From: Azolla caroliniana
Lineage: Eukaryota; Plantae; Polypodiophyta
DNA length: 64,000 nt
NCBI GenBank assembly: GCA_043228905.1
Contig: JBHGNT010000002.1
Span: 24,738,001 to 24,802,000 of the forward strand
Reading direction: 5' to 3'
In this document: positions 26,531 through 36,870 of the stretch, piece by piece
How positions within the stretch are numbered: the stretch's first letter is position 1
Layout of the letters: each line of letters starts with the position of its first letter
Program-made: the position numbers and the translations under genes
Notes under the pieces: generated by a model
Database searches by the model: none
What the model was told of the DNA's origin: nothing
The model's input: only the letters and a program-made list of their open reading frames with translations

Positions 26531-26954
26531 TGTCAGGAATAGTACTAAAGCAGAGATGGAATTAGTACTAAGAAGAGTAGTACTATTAGTACTAAGAGGA
26601 CGGGACTGCGTAAGATTCCCGAGAGAGAGGAAGTGAGAAGAGGAGAGAGAGAGATAGGATGATGACAACAGCTCTTATATTATATGAAAGATAAGTACAA
26701 ATCGGCTAAGAGGCTTAAGACTGGTGTTGAACCAATTTGGTTCAAAACAATGCCTTGTGCCTCCTTTTATAGTGTTTTTAGGAATAATCCTGAAGCTTCT
26801 AGAATGTTCCAGAGAGATCTGGAATATACATCAATTTTCTATGATAAAGTATAAATGAAAATAATATCCTACAAATTACAATTCATAGTCTAATGGTAAG
26901 AGCTCGACCCATGTAGCATAAGGTCATGGGTTCTAGTCTTGCCATATCATGACA
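26531..26954 (-). repeat. Chromovirus 5' LTR
   Basis: TG..CA ends; TATAAAA on the minus strand at 26771-26765. Confidence 0.95.
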
Positions 26955-26989
26955 ACTACCATCCTATACTTAGGAGGAGGGTGTATGGC

Positions 26990-28094
26990 GGTTGTTTCTT
27001 AACTTGTCGAAACTTTGTACTACTAAGAAAATGTTTTTGGACGTTTTCAAACTCTTTCCAAGGAAATTTAGGGATGCTACCACCCCAAACTTCCACAGTT
27101 CCACCCTATAGAAAAGCATCTGTATCACTCGAAAAGGTATTTCTTGAGGACACAACACTTAATATCTCCATGATTGCATGTGTTCTCAAATGCATAATAT
27201 GCTCCCTTTCCTACCTCAACCCGGCGCGTAGCGCATTTATTCCATGTATGATAACTTCAAGGCCAAGATATTTGAAGTTTTCCACACTTTCAAGTGGCTC
27301 ATTATTGTACATAATGCAGGTTTATCTTTTTTTGGGTTCTTCACAAGCATAATCTTTGTTTTAGAGTTGTTGACACTTCTTGAATGCTTTTTTCCTTCAC
27401 AAACTTAACAACCATTTCTTCCCATTCATCAATGCATACACCAAATAGAGTTGGTGAGAATGGGAATCCTTGCTTAACACCAATAGTGCTATTGAAAAAA
27501 TCTAAAACTCTAAAAATCTATCACCCATATACACAAAACTTATAACCTTCTCAATGTAAATTCAGGAAATTGTAAGCATATATTCACTTGGCACCTCGAA
27601 TTCTTCCATTTGCCTCCAAAGATGCTCATGAGGTACCATATCAAAATCTTTCTTGAAGTCTACGGAGCAACAATATAAACCTTACCTCTCAAGTGACTTT
27701 CCTCCATTAATACTTGAAGGGTGACAAGATGATCAATGGTGCTATGGTGTTTTCGAAATCTAACTTGTCTATAAGCTCTCTTACTATTTTTTTCAACCCA
27801 TGCACTTGCCTTTGATTCTATTATACATCCAAATAGTTTTGTCATTCACGAGTAAACCATGATGGTTCAGTAGTTGTTTACATTATTTACATCTCCACCT
27901 TTATGTAAAAGTTTGATTAAATTTGTAGTCTAATCTTATAGCATGCCATGTTGCAATGCATGATTAAACATATCACTTATCCATGTATGAGCTTCCTTTC
28001 CCATTCATTTGAGTATTTCAACCTTTATACATTAAAGATCGTTGATTTTCCTTTCAAGAGGCCAATTTCTTAAGTCCTATACATATATCTTCAA
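26990..28094 (-). mobile_element. Decayed RTE-like non-LTR RT remnant
   Basis: Fragments read FRKHHSTIDHLVTLQVLMEE, IGVKQGFPFSPTLFG, VENFKYLGLE and YRVELW in broken frames. Confidence 0.7.
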
Positions 28095-28715
28095 TGATAA
28101 AGAAGGGAGACATATGTAAAAGAGAACCATAACACATTATCTTTCTTGCAAACGATAGCTCATATAAATTCTTACAATGCATAGACAAGGTGAGACGAGT
28201 TAAGTGACGCAAAATATGCGGACTATTACTCGGCCACAACCGAGTCTTAGGATTGACCACAGAAGATGGGAATAGGAAGAAATGCATGTAGTATACACAC
28301 AAACAATAGAGCAAGAGAGAGTACACAGTATGTTTACATGGAAAACCCTAAACGAGAAAAAGCATGGGAGCCCACAAGCTCTGAACTATCAGTATATCTA
28401 AAAGGAATACAACAAGAGAACACAAAGGCAACGACCTCGTCCTCACACTCTTCGCCTGGTGGCGGTTATAACAGAGACTTACTTTGTTTCTGTGCGTGTG
28501 TGTGTGTGTGTGTTACGCTTTGTACAACAGTTACACTCAATATGACAACACAAAATAATGATACAACACAACCACTCTGTTTGCCCTAGGTCATATTTAT
28601 ACTAATATGACTTTCAGGCTATTTACAAATATAGCCACAATGAGCTACCAGAAACATATTTACATATATGTCCCTTCATCCGGTGAGAGGTTCTCACCTG
28701 GCCTGCGTCATCTGG
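28095..28715 (-). repeat. Possible truncated LTR of an unrelated element, cut by Gypsy A
   Basis: It begins TG where the RTE-like frame stops. The minus strand has a TATAAAT (about 28600) and a tagggttttccatgtaaa U5-like motif. No partner LTR is in the window. Confidence 0.3.
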
Positions 28716-29392
28716 TGTCGTGAAGAAAACCGGCCATAGGCGGAATCGGAGAGAAAGCGCGTAAACCGGCCCCTACACGGATGGACGCATGACTGGATAC
28801 TTTGTACACGAACCAGTGGATGTGACTACTAAGCCACACACATTTATTAGAGGGGGATTGTGCGTATCCCAGGGAGGGGCAGGGAATAAAAGGGAAGAGG
28901 ACAAGGGAAAACAGATATCGCGCGCGGGGAGGAAGAAGGAGGTTGCTGCAGAACGGAAGGCAGAGCTCTCTCTCTTCGTCTCTCTTCGTCGCTCTCTACG
29001 GGTGTCGGGAGGTTGCTGCAGAACGGAAGGAGGATCTCTCTCTCTTCGTCTCTCTTCGTCGCTCTCTGCAGGTGTCGGGAGGTCGCTGCCTCTGCTTCGT
29101 GGACAGCCCGTGTGCTTCCAGCAGAGTCGCTCCCCTTCCCCTTTTGTTTCTTTGAGTCGGCGACTGTCGTCGGTGTGCGTGTGTAGGGTCCCCGTGTCGG
29201 GCCCGTCGCCGCTTTGTCAGTTGTAATTGTCGGAGTTTGTAATCTCTGTCATTATAATTAAGTGTTACGTTCTGTTCCTCTCTCTCTCGCTTCTACGTGT
29301 CGGTGAATCTTTCTCTCTCTCTCTGTCACTCCTCGGTCTAAGACCCCCGTGGTCCCGCCCCTTTTTACACGTACGCGCGTAACAACGCGACA
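28716..29392 (+). repeat. Gypsy A 5' LTR with an internal ~69-bp tandem duplication (about 28938-29076)
   Basis: tgtcgtgaagaaaacc...cgcgaca; same LTR type as copy E. Confidence 0.9.
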
Positions 29393-31224
29393 TCTTTGGT
29401 GAACCCGACGTGAAAGGGTGGCAAAGGAGTCGAAAGATGAGGGGATCGGAGCTAGCAGAGGCAATGGCGGTGGCCGTCGACCGGCTGGTGAGCGCTCGTG
29501 AGGGAACGGGTACCCTCGACAGAGCCATAGAATCGATCGTCGGCTCTATAGGCCGTTTCGGAGGGAAAGACGCCACAAGTTATTTGGAGGCTTACTGGGC
29601 TGAAATGATCATGAGGGATATCCCAGTGGACAGGCGGCTGTCCGGATTCCCTCGGGTGGTGACGCCGGGCATCCATGCGGAGGTGCTCGAGGTGCTGGCC
29701 GGATGCCAGACTTGGGAGGAGTTCGAGCTGCAGCTCCTCGAGAAGTACGGGTTTGATGACTCACTCCGGCTGTCGAGGTGGGACTTCATGGCGTGGGTGG
29801 AAAGCCCCGGAAAAGGGAGGAACACATCGGTGCTCCTCCAGGAGTTCGAAAAACGGTTCGCGGGGCTATCGACGCTGGACCGGACGGTGCTCGAAACAAG
29901 TCGGTGCCGGTTGGGAGGAAGGAAGAGACCCAAATCTGGATGGAGTCGGGGTCAGCATCGAATGACGTGGTCAGAGGCCCATCCGGAGGAGCGGCTCAGG
30001 AGGAGCTAACACAGATGGTGCGCGACCTACTGATCGCATAGGCCCAAAGAGACAGTGGTGAACAACCTCGCGACCGGAGGCCGCCGGCTGGGCAGCGGTG
30101 CATGTGGTGTGACGCGATCGGTCACATTCGGAAGGACTACGCGTATTTCGCCGACGCGCTCAGGACCAACGTGGTGTATCTCTGGAATGGGCGGGTGCAC
30201 GCGAGTGAGACCCGGAGAGCCCTGGAACTGAATACGGGGCGCAACGGAATGAAGAGGTTGATGGAAGAGGCCGCGGCACAGCACGTTGAAGCCGTTAACT
30301 ACTCAGTGTCGGCGGGAATTCGGGTCGGGGGTGATGAGACCCAGAAGGTGAAGGACTCCGGATTCTGGTCGCTAGTGCTAGAAGGCCTCTCCGGAGTTCG
30401 GCTGAGGAAGGAAGAGGCGGACCGCTGTCGTGAAGAAAACCGTCCATAGGCGGAATCGGCGCACCAAGGCGTGGGAACCGGTTCTTCACGCGCGCACGCT
30501 CCGAGTTGTACATAGAAGCGAATTAGGAGGATAATCTCGACAACGGGCCCTAACACAAGTGGAGACAAAGACCGCGCGAACAGTCTTTTCGGTCGCGCGC
30601 GCGAGCGAAGGAACTGTACGAGTCGGCGGCCTAACTACGCGGATGCGTGAAGGACGGAGCGGATCCCTGTCCAAAAGGGACAGGGAATAAAGCTGACATG
30701 ACGGCCTGCTCGTCGGCCTATATAAGGAGCAGGAAAGAGCTGTTGCAGGTATCTCACGCAGAGAGGACGAAGTGCTGCCGGACCGTTTCTGGACGCTTCT
30801 CTCTCTGTTTCCTTCCTTCTTGAGCTCCATAGCTTTCTGTGCAGGGTTCCGAGGAGGCTCGCGCTGTTTCGAGGAATGCCCGAGTGCTTCCGGCAGCACC
30901 TCCGACCTACTACCCCCCCTTTGTGCTTCAAAGCGAACAAGCATCGGCATCTGTTCGCCGGCTTGTTCGGTTGTAGCCAACCTGTGCCCCATCGAGGGTT
31001 GTAGTCGTGTTAGCCATTTTTGTTAATATACACACTTAGTCATTAGCATCTGTCTGTGTCGGTGTCTGTTCGCGTTCTCCGTGCTGAAGGGCCGTGTCCC
31101 TGTGTATTCCCGGTCCTGCGTAGCCGGTTCTCTCTCTTTCTCCTCCCTCGCTTGCTCTTTGGTTCGAGACCCCCGCGGTCCCGCCTCGTTTTCCATACGC
31201 ACTTGCGTAATATCTTGACATCTT

Positions 31225-31242
31225 TGGTGAACCCGACGTGAA
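31225..31242 (+). promoter_or_regulatory. Primer binding site complementary to the 3' end of plant tRNA-Trp
   Basis: TGGTGAACCCGACGTGAA is the reverse complement of TTCACGTCGGGTTCACCA, the plant tRNA-Trp 3' end as recalled. The same site follows LTRs A, D, E and F. Confidence 0.8.
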
Positions 31243-31264
31243 AGAGGCGGCAGAAGGGCAGAAG

Positions 31265-33391
31265 ATGAGGGGGTCGGATCTTGCAGAGGCCATGGCTTCG
31301 GCCGTGGACCGGATTGTAAACGCGCGCGAGGGCACCGGTGCCCTCGACAGAGCCATTGAGGCGGTCGTCGGCACGATCGGCCGGTTCGATGGGAAGGATG
31401 CCATGAAGTATTTGGCGTCCTACGGTGCAGAGATGCTGATGCGGGACATTCCGGAAGAAAGGCGTCTTGCCGGATTTCCCCGAGTGGCGATGCCGAGCAT
31501 CCATGCGGAGGTGCTCGAGGTGCGGGCGGAGAGCCGTACCTGGGAGGAGTTCGAAGGTCGGCTCCTAGAGAAATACGGGCTGGACGACGCGCTCCGGCTT
31601 TCGAAGCGAAGGTTCATGGAATGGGTGGAGTCCCCGGGGAAGGGAAGAAACGCGTCGGCACTCCTCCGGGAGTTCGAGGAAAACTTTGCGCGCCTTTCGG
31701 CGCTCGACCGAACCATCCTGGACACGAGCCGGGTCTTGCTGTTTGTCAAGTCGGTCGACGAGCGGGATCGGGAGCAAGTGGGCCTCTTGCTGGAAACCGA
31801 AGACAGGCTCACTACTGACTGGGCGGCTGTCAAGAAAGTCTGTGGCCGTTTTGACAAACGGCGAGAATGGGCGGATAACGGGGCAACCGGGTCGGGCTCG
31901 GTCGCAGCAAGGAAGCTCGAACCAGCGCCATAGGTGCGAAAGGAAGAGACCCGAGAATGGTTGGAAACCGGTTCGGCTTCGACCGGCGTAGTCAGAGGCT
32001 CAACCGGAGGAGCGGCGCTGGAGGAATTGACGAGGGCGATAAAGGACCTCCAAATCGCGCAAGCCCGAAGGGAAGGTGGCGAACCGGCTCGTGACCGACG
32101 GCCGGCAGCAGGAAACAGGTGCATGTGGTGCGATGAAGTCGGCCACATTCGGAAGGACTGCGGCGACTTCGCGGAGGCGCTGAGGAACAGGGTGGTGTAC
32201 CTGTGGGAAGGACGGGTGCATGCCAGCGACACCCGAAGGGCCCTGAGCCGAAACGACGGGCGAGGTGGTATGAAAAGGTTGATGGAAGAGGCGGCGGCCC
32301 GACACGCGGAAATCGTCCACTACTCGGCGTCGGCCGGCATTCGAGTCGGGGGCGGCGAGGCCCGAAGGGAAAGCAAAGCCAGATTCTGGCCGACGATGCT
32401 GGAAGGCCTTGCCGGTGCAAGGCTTAAAAGGGAGGAATCGGACCGTGCGGAGAAACGGGTACGGGAGATGACCGGGTGGAGCGACCCGGTCGAGGAAGAG
32501 ACGGGCTTCGTGGAAGCCGCTTGCCAGAACTACGAGGCTCTGGTAGAAGAGAAGCGGGTGGGGAAACCCGGGACGACCGGGCCCTCACAACGATACGAGA
32601 CCCGGTCCGGGCCACGACGGGACGAAGCCGGCAGGGCCGGTACGCAAGATAAACCCCAGAAGGGCGGGTACCGTCTGGGGACGGAGATAGAAAGGACCAC
32701 GGACTTACGAAAGGTCCTGGAGGAACGGATCCTCGACAGCAAGGTGGAGCTGTCGTTACGAGAGGTGCTGGGAATCGCCAAGAAGGAGTTCCACGACTCC
32801 ATCGTGGACTTGGTGAAACGGAAGAGGCTGTCAACGGAGACAGAACCGGAAAGACCGGTGGAAGTGCGGACGACGCACCTAGATGACATGGCGCTGGGAG
32901 ACGAGTGGGCGGAAAGCCACTATTCGAGACCACACTGGGCCCGAGCGACCACGGAAACCCCGGTGAAGATCGGCGATGTCCAGGAACCGGTGATAGCTTT
33001 GGTGGACCACGGATCGGAGATCAATTTGATGTCCATGGACTTCTATAAGAAGGGCAAGTGGCCGATCAACACCAAGCACGGGTGGAAAATAAGGGCAGCA
33101 ACGCGCGCCACCGAGGAACTGCACGGGGCCTGTCCGAATGTGCGAGGCAAGATCGGCGACGTCGAGATTGACCAGCACTTCTTCGTGCAGGAGACGTCTT
33201 CGCATCCGGTCATACTGGGAGAGCCGTACATCACGGTGGCGCGAATGGAGACCAAGGTGCTGGACAATGGTTCGGCCTACGCGAGGGTCAAAAGCCAAGA
33301 CGGGCGCCATTCGGTCCAGTTTCTGACGGTACGGCCGAACCACGAACGTAACCGCGACTCCCTCGGTTCCGAAAACCGAGAGGATTTTTAG
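31265..33391 (+). pseudogene. Copy B Gag-protease ORF with a single premature TAG (31931-31933)
   Basis: Knuckle CMWCDEVGHIRKDC; aspartic protease ALVDHGSEINLM..VILGEPY; ends ENREDF*. Other copies have CAG or CAA at the TAG position. Confidence 0.9.
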
Positions 33392-33447
33392 AGAGGACTG
33401 CCAAGGCGTGGGGCCACGGCAGTTCGGATGCTGCGGGAAAACCCCAC
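33382..33447 (+). promoter_or_regulatory. Putative -1 ribosomal frameshift signal (G GAT TTT plus pseudoknot)
   Basis: Conserved at 33382, 38669, 42265, 46582, 54587 and 59036. The stem is 33395-33402 / 33418-33425, and loop GTGGGG pairs with CCCCAC at 33442-33447. Confidence 0.8.
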
Positions 33448-36400
33448 ATCTGTACGATAAAACCGTGTACAATAGGTAGGAAATTTTGCTTCTCCGACAG
33501 CGGAGCATGTACGACGGTCGGCATCGCCGGCCGAGAGAAAACAAAGACGGAGGGGAGACTTCGAGCGTGCGGAGCTCTCGGCCCTGACGAAGAAATCAGT
33601 GGCGCCATGGAGGCGGTCTCCTTCGACGACACCTTGGGAATGCTGGGGAAGGTAGTCGAAGAAGACCTTAACGAAGACCGGACGATACCGGTATGTTCCG
33701 AAGAAATGTACGAAGTCATCGCGGACTTTGGTCGGGGGCTCGAGTCGGATCGGACGGCCCGAGTAAGCACCAAGTACAAGACTGTGGACCGGAAGGTAAG
33801 GCCAGTCGCGGTACCGTTACCGGAGGGCAGCGAGTCGCGAATCAAAGGGGTTGCATCGGACCCCAGCCTACGAGATCCGGCCTGTATAGGACACACCTTC
33901 ACCAACGAGACGCTCCGGGAGCTCAAAATCGGTGGGGGCGGGTTCCTACTACCGGCGGAGGAACACCGGTTTCGGAGAATGCTCGGAAGGCACGGGAAAG
34001 CCTTCGCATTCTCACCGGAGGAAATCGGGTGCGTAAACCCGACGATCGTAGAGCCGATGGTGATATTCACGGTACCGCATGTACCGTGGAATCTCAAGCC
34101 AATTCCGGTTCCGAGAGCTCACATCCCGAAGTTGATGGAGCTGTTGAAGCAGAAGGTTGATATGGGCATTCTCGAGCCGTCGAGCGCCCCGTATTCAAAC
34201 CGATGGTTTACCGTACCAAAGAAAAACGGATCATTGCGCTTCATTCAGGACCTGCAACCGGTCAATAAGGTGACCATTCGGAACGCAGGGATTGGACCGA
34301 CCATAGACGAGTTCGCGGAGGCCTTCGCCGGAAGGTCGATTTACTCGGTCGGTGATCTATACTCAGGGTACAACCAGTTCCAGCTAGCCGTGGAGAGCAG
34401 AGACATTACGACGATGCGAACTCCCCTCGGCCTAGTGCGGATGTGTACGCTGCCGCAAGGAGGGACTAACTCGGTGGCCCACATGGTGAATGCGATGAAC
34501 AAGGTTCTGAGGGACTGCATCCCGGACATCACCATGCCGTTTCTAGACGACATCCCGATCAAGGGATGCCCGGTAGCGGAAAAGGACGAGACGATCGGGC
34601 CGGACGGATGCCGGCGATTCGTGGCGATGCACATCGACGACTGCGAGAAGGTGCTGCAAAGGCTAGAGGCTGCGAGGCTCACCTTCTCGGGGGAGAAATC
34701 AGCCTTCGGGCAGTCGGAAATCATGGTGGTCGGACATTTATGTGGACCATATGGCCGGAAACCGTCTCCGGCAAAGGTAGAAGCCATCTCCGCGATGAAG
34801 CCTGATTGCAACTCGGTCACGGAGGTACGAAGATTCTTGGGAGCATGCGCCTTCTACCACATATGGATCCCGCATTACGCGCACGTCGCGGAGCCGCTGT
34901 ACGGATTATTGAAGAAAGGGCGAAGATTCGAATGGCTAGACAAGCACACGGAGTCGGTCCGGAAGCTGAAGGAGGCTCTTTCGGCAGCACCGGCGCTCCG
35001 AAAGGCCGTCTATAGGAAGGGCACCCCAGTGTACATAACGGTTGACACGAGTCCGACCGGAATCGGGTGGGTCGTCAACCAAGAAGACGAGGACGGCAAT
35101 CGGTTTCCGATCCGATTCGGCGCGAAGGTCCTCAGTGAGCGGCAGCGAGGATACGCCCAGGTTAAACGCGAACTCTGGGGTATTGTTTCGGCGGTCAAGG
35201 CCGACAAGGACTATCTGATCGGGACAGAGGTAATCATAGAGACGGATTGCATGCCGATTCTCGGCATGGTTTCCGGATGCGCGACGCCGGACCTGGCAAT
35301 GCTCAGGTGGATAGCGTACATCAAGTCTGTGGACCCGGAAATACGACACATTTCCGGGAAAGACAACGCCATGGCCGACATGCTTTCGAGGGCGAGGTTC
35401 GATGACGAGGGCGGCATGGTTTCGGAGGACGAAGAGGTCGGCGTGGACTTCTTCGAGGCAGCATACGTGACAACCGACGGGACGAGCACTCCGGCGCTTA
35501 ACGACTTCGACGCGAGCAAGTACGATGGGGAGTGGCTGCAGATCGGCGGGTTCTTGAGGACAATGGCGCCGGATGCGTCATGGACGAAAGACGAGGCCAA
35601 CCGGATCCGGAAGAAAGCGTACCGGTTCTTTCTCCGGGATGGCTATCTATGGAAGCACCCGAAGAAGAGGGACGGCGCTCCGCTCCGGGTGGTGGCGATG
35701 AAGGAAGAACAGGAGGAGCTGCTGACGGCCTACCACGACAGCCCTTGGGCCGGATACCGTGGAACTTGGGTCACGTTCGAGAAGATAAAGGAGAAGTACT
35801 GGTGGCCGGGACTGTACCGGGACGTGCACCGATTAGTGACAACTTGCGAGAGCTGTCAGATGCACTCCGTGGTCCGACACCGGGACGAGCTTCACCCTAC
35901 GTACCCTCCGACCATCCACTTCAAATGGATGGTAGATCTGGTGACGATGCCAATGGGGGTAGGACAGATGCGGTACCTGGTCCTAGCGCGGGAGGATCTG
36001 ACGAACCAGGCGGAAGGCCGGGCCCTTCCGAACAAAACGACCGCGGCCGTATGTCGGTTCCTAATCGAGGACGTGATATGCCGGTACGGGTGCGTCGGGA
36101 AGATCGTGGCTGACCAAGGGGAGTTGGACGCCGAAGAAGCCGCGGAGCTGTTCGACCGGCTGGGAATCAAGCTCTTGCTCACCACTGCGTATAATCCGGA
36201 GGCGAATGGAAAGGTGGAGCGCGGACACGGACCGATCGTCAAGGCGCTGGTTCGAGCATGCGGAGGCCAAGTCGGTAACTGGCCGCGGCTGCTACCTTAT
36301 GCTTTGTGGGCAGACCGGACCACGCACAGTTCGGTAACCGGGTACATGCCGACGGAGCTCATGTTCGGCCAGAAGCCGATCATGCCGATAGAACGGACGA

Positions 36401-36870
36401 TCTCCTCGTGGGCAACGGTCGACTGGAGGGACGAGATGAGCCGAGAGGAGTTGTTGGCCGCACGTATACGACAGCTCGAGCGGAGACCGGAGGACGTGGC
36501 ACTGGCTGCGGAGAAGCTCCGGGTGGCGAGGACAAAGAACAAAGCCAGGTTCGACCGAACGCACCGGCTCCGACCGAAGAAAATCGACAAAGGTGACTGG
36601 GTGCTCGTCTACGACAGCAGCCTCGACAACCAGCACCGAGCTACACGGAAGTTCGCACGAAGGTGGTTCGGGCCTTACGTGGTGCAGAGCGCCAATGACA
36701 ACGGGACATATCACCTGGCGGAACTAGACGGCACGAGAATGGCGATACCGGTTGCAGGGAAGCGGATCAAAGCGTTCAAGAAGCGACACGACGACGAGCC
36801 AGACCCGGCTCTCCTAGTCAGCAGTGACGAACGATCCGAAAACGAGGAAGAACCGACGGGCGAGGAATGA
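33382..36870 (+). CDS. Copy B Pol (RT-RNase H-integrase), -1 frame relative to Gag-PR, intact
   Basis: The frame is open from the GGATTTT site. RT YSNRWFTVPKKNG, DLYSGY, LPQG, PFLDD; RH TVDTS..KRELWG..ETD; integrase H..CESC, VDLV, NGKVERGH, WFGPY. No chromodomain. Confidence 0.93.
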   Translation, partial: GFLERTAKAWGHGSSDAAGKPHICTIKPCTIGRKFCFSDSGACTTVGIAGREKTKTEGRLRACGALGPDEEISGAMEAVSFDDTLGMLGKVVEEDLNEDRTIPVCSEEMYEVIADFGRGLESDRTARVSTKYKTVDRKVRPVAVPLPEGSESRIKGVASDPSLRDPACIGHTFTNETLRELKIGGGGFLLPAEEHRFRRMLGRHGKAFAFSPEEIGCVNPTIVEPMVIFTVPHVPWNLKPIPVPRAHIPKLMELLKQKVDMGILEPSSAPYSNRWFTVPKKNGSLRFIQDLQPVNKVTIRNAGIGPTIDEFAEAFAGRSIYSVGDLYSGYNQFQLAVESRDITTMRTPLGLVRMCTLPQGGTNSVAHMVNAMNKVLRDCIPDITMPFLDDIPIKGCPVAEKDETIGPDGCRRFVAMHIDDCEKVLQRLEAARLTFSGEKSAFGQSEIMVVGHLCGPYGRKPSPAKVEAISAMKPDCNSVTEVRRFLGACAFYHIWIPHYAHVAEPLYGLLKKGRRFEWLDKHTESVRKLKEALSAAPALRKAVYRKGTPVYITVDTSPTGIGWVVNQEDEDGNRFPIRFGAKVLSERQRGYAQVKRELWGIVSAVKADKDYLIGTEVIIETDCMPILGMVSGCATPDLAMLRWIAYIKSVDPEIRHISGKDNAMADMLSRARFDDEGGMVSEDEEVGVDFFEAAYVTTDGTSTPALNDFDASKYDGEWLQIGGFLRTMAPDASWTKDEANRIRKKAYRFFLRDGYLWKHPKKRDGAPLRVVAMKEEQEELLTAYHDSPWAGYRGTWVTFEKIKEKYWWPGLYRDVHRLVTTCESCQMHSVVRHRDELHPTYPPTIHFKWMVDLVTMPMGVGQMRYLVLAREDLTNQAEGRALPNKTTAAVCRFLIEDVICRYGCVGKIVADQGELDAEEAAELFDRLGIKLLLTTAYNPEANGKVERGHGPIVKALVRACGGQVGNWPRLLPYALWADRTTHSSVTGYMPTELMFGQKPIMPIERTISSWATVDWRDEMSREELLAARIRQLERRPEDVALAAEKLRVARTKNKARFDRTHRLRPKKIDKGDWVLVYDSSLDNQHRATRKFARRWFGPYVVQSANDNGTYHLAELDGTRMAIPVAGKRIKAFKKRHDDEPDPALLVSSDERSENEEEPTGEE

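Larger units (their letters stand above)
21300..26954 (-). mobile_element. Ty3/Gypsy chromovirus (Tcn1/Tf1-like)
   Basis: 424-bp LTRs at 21300-21723 and 26531-26954. The flanks gctac/actac form a 5-bp TSD with 1 mismatch. The PPT aggggtagatag is next to the 3' LTR. Domain order is gag-PR-RT-RH-INT-chromodomain. Confidence 0.95.

Noticed and set aside
31931-31933. In-frame TAG in B gag as programmed readthrough
   Set aside because: Copies C, D and F have CAG or CAA here, so it is a point mutation.
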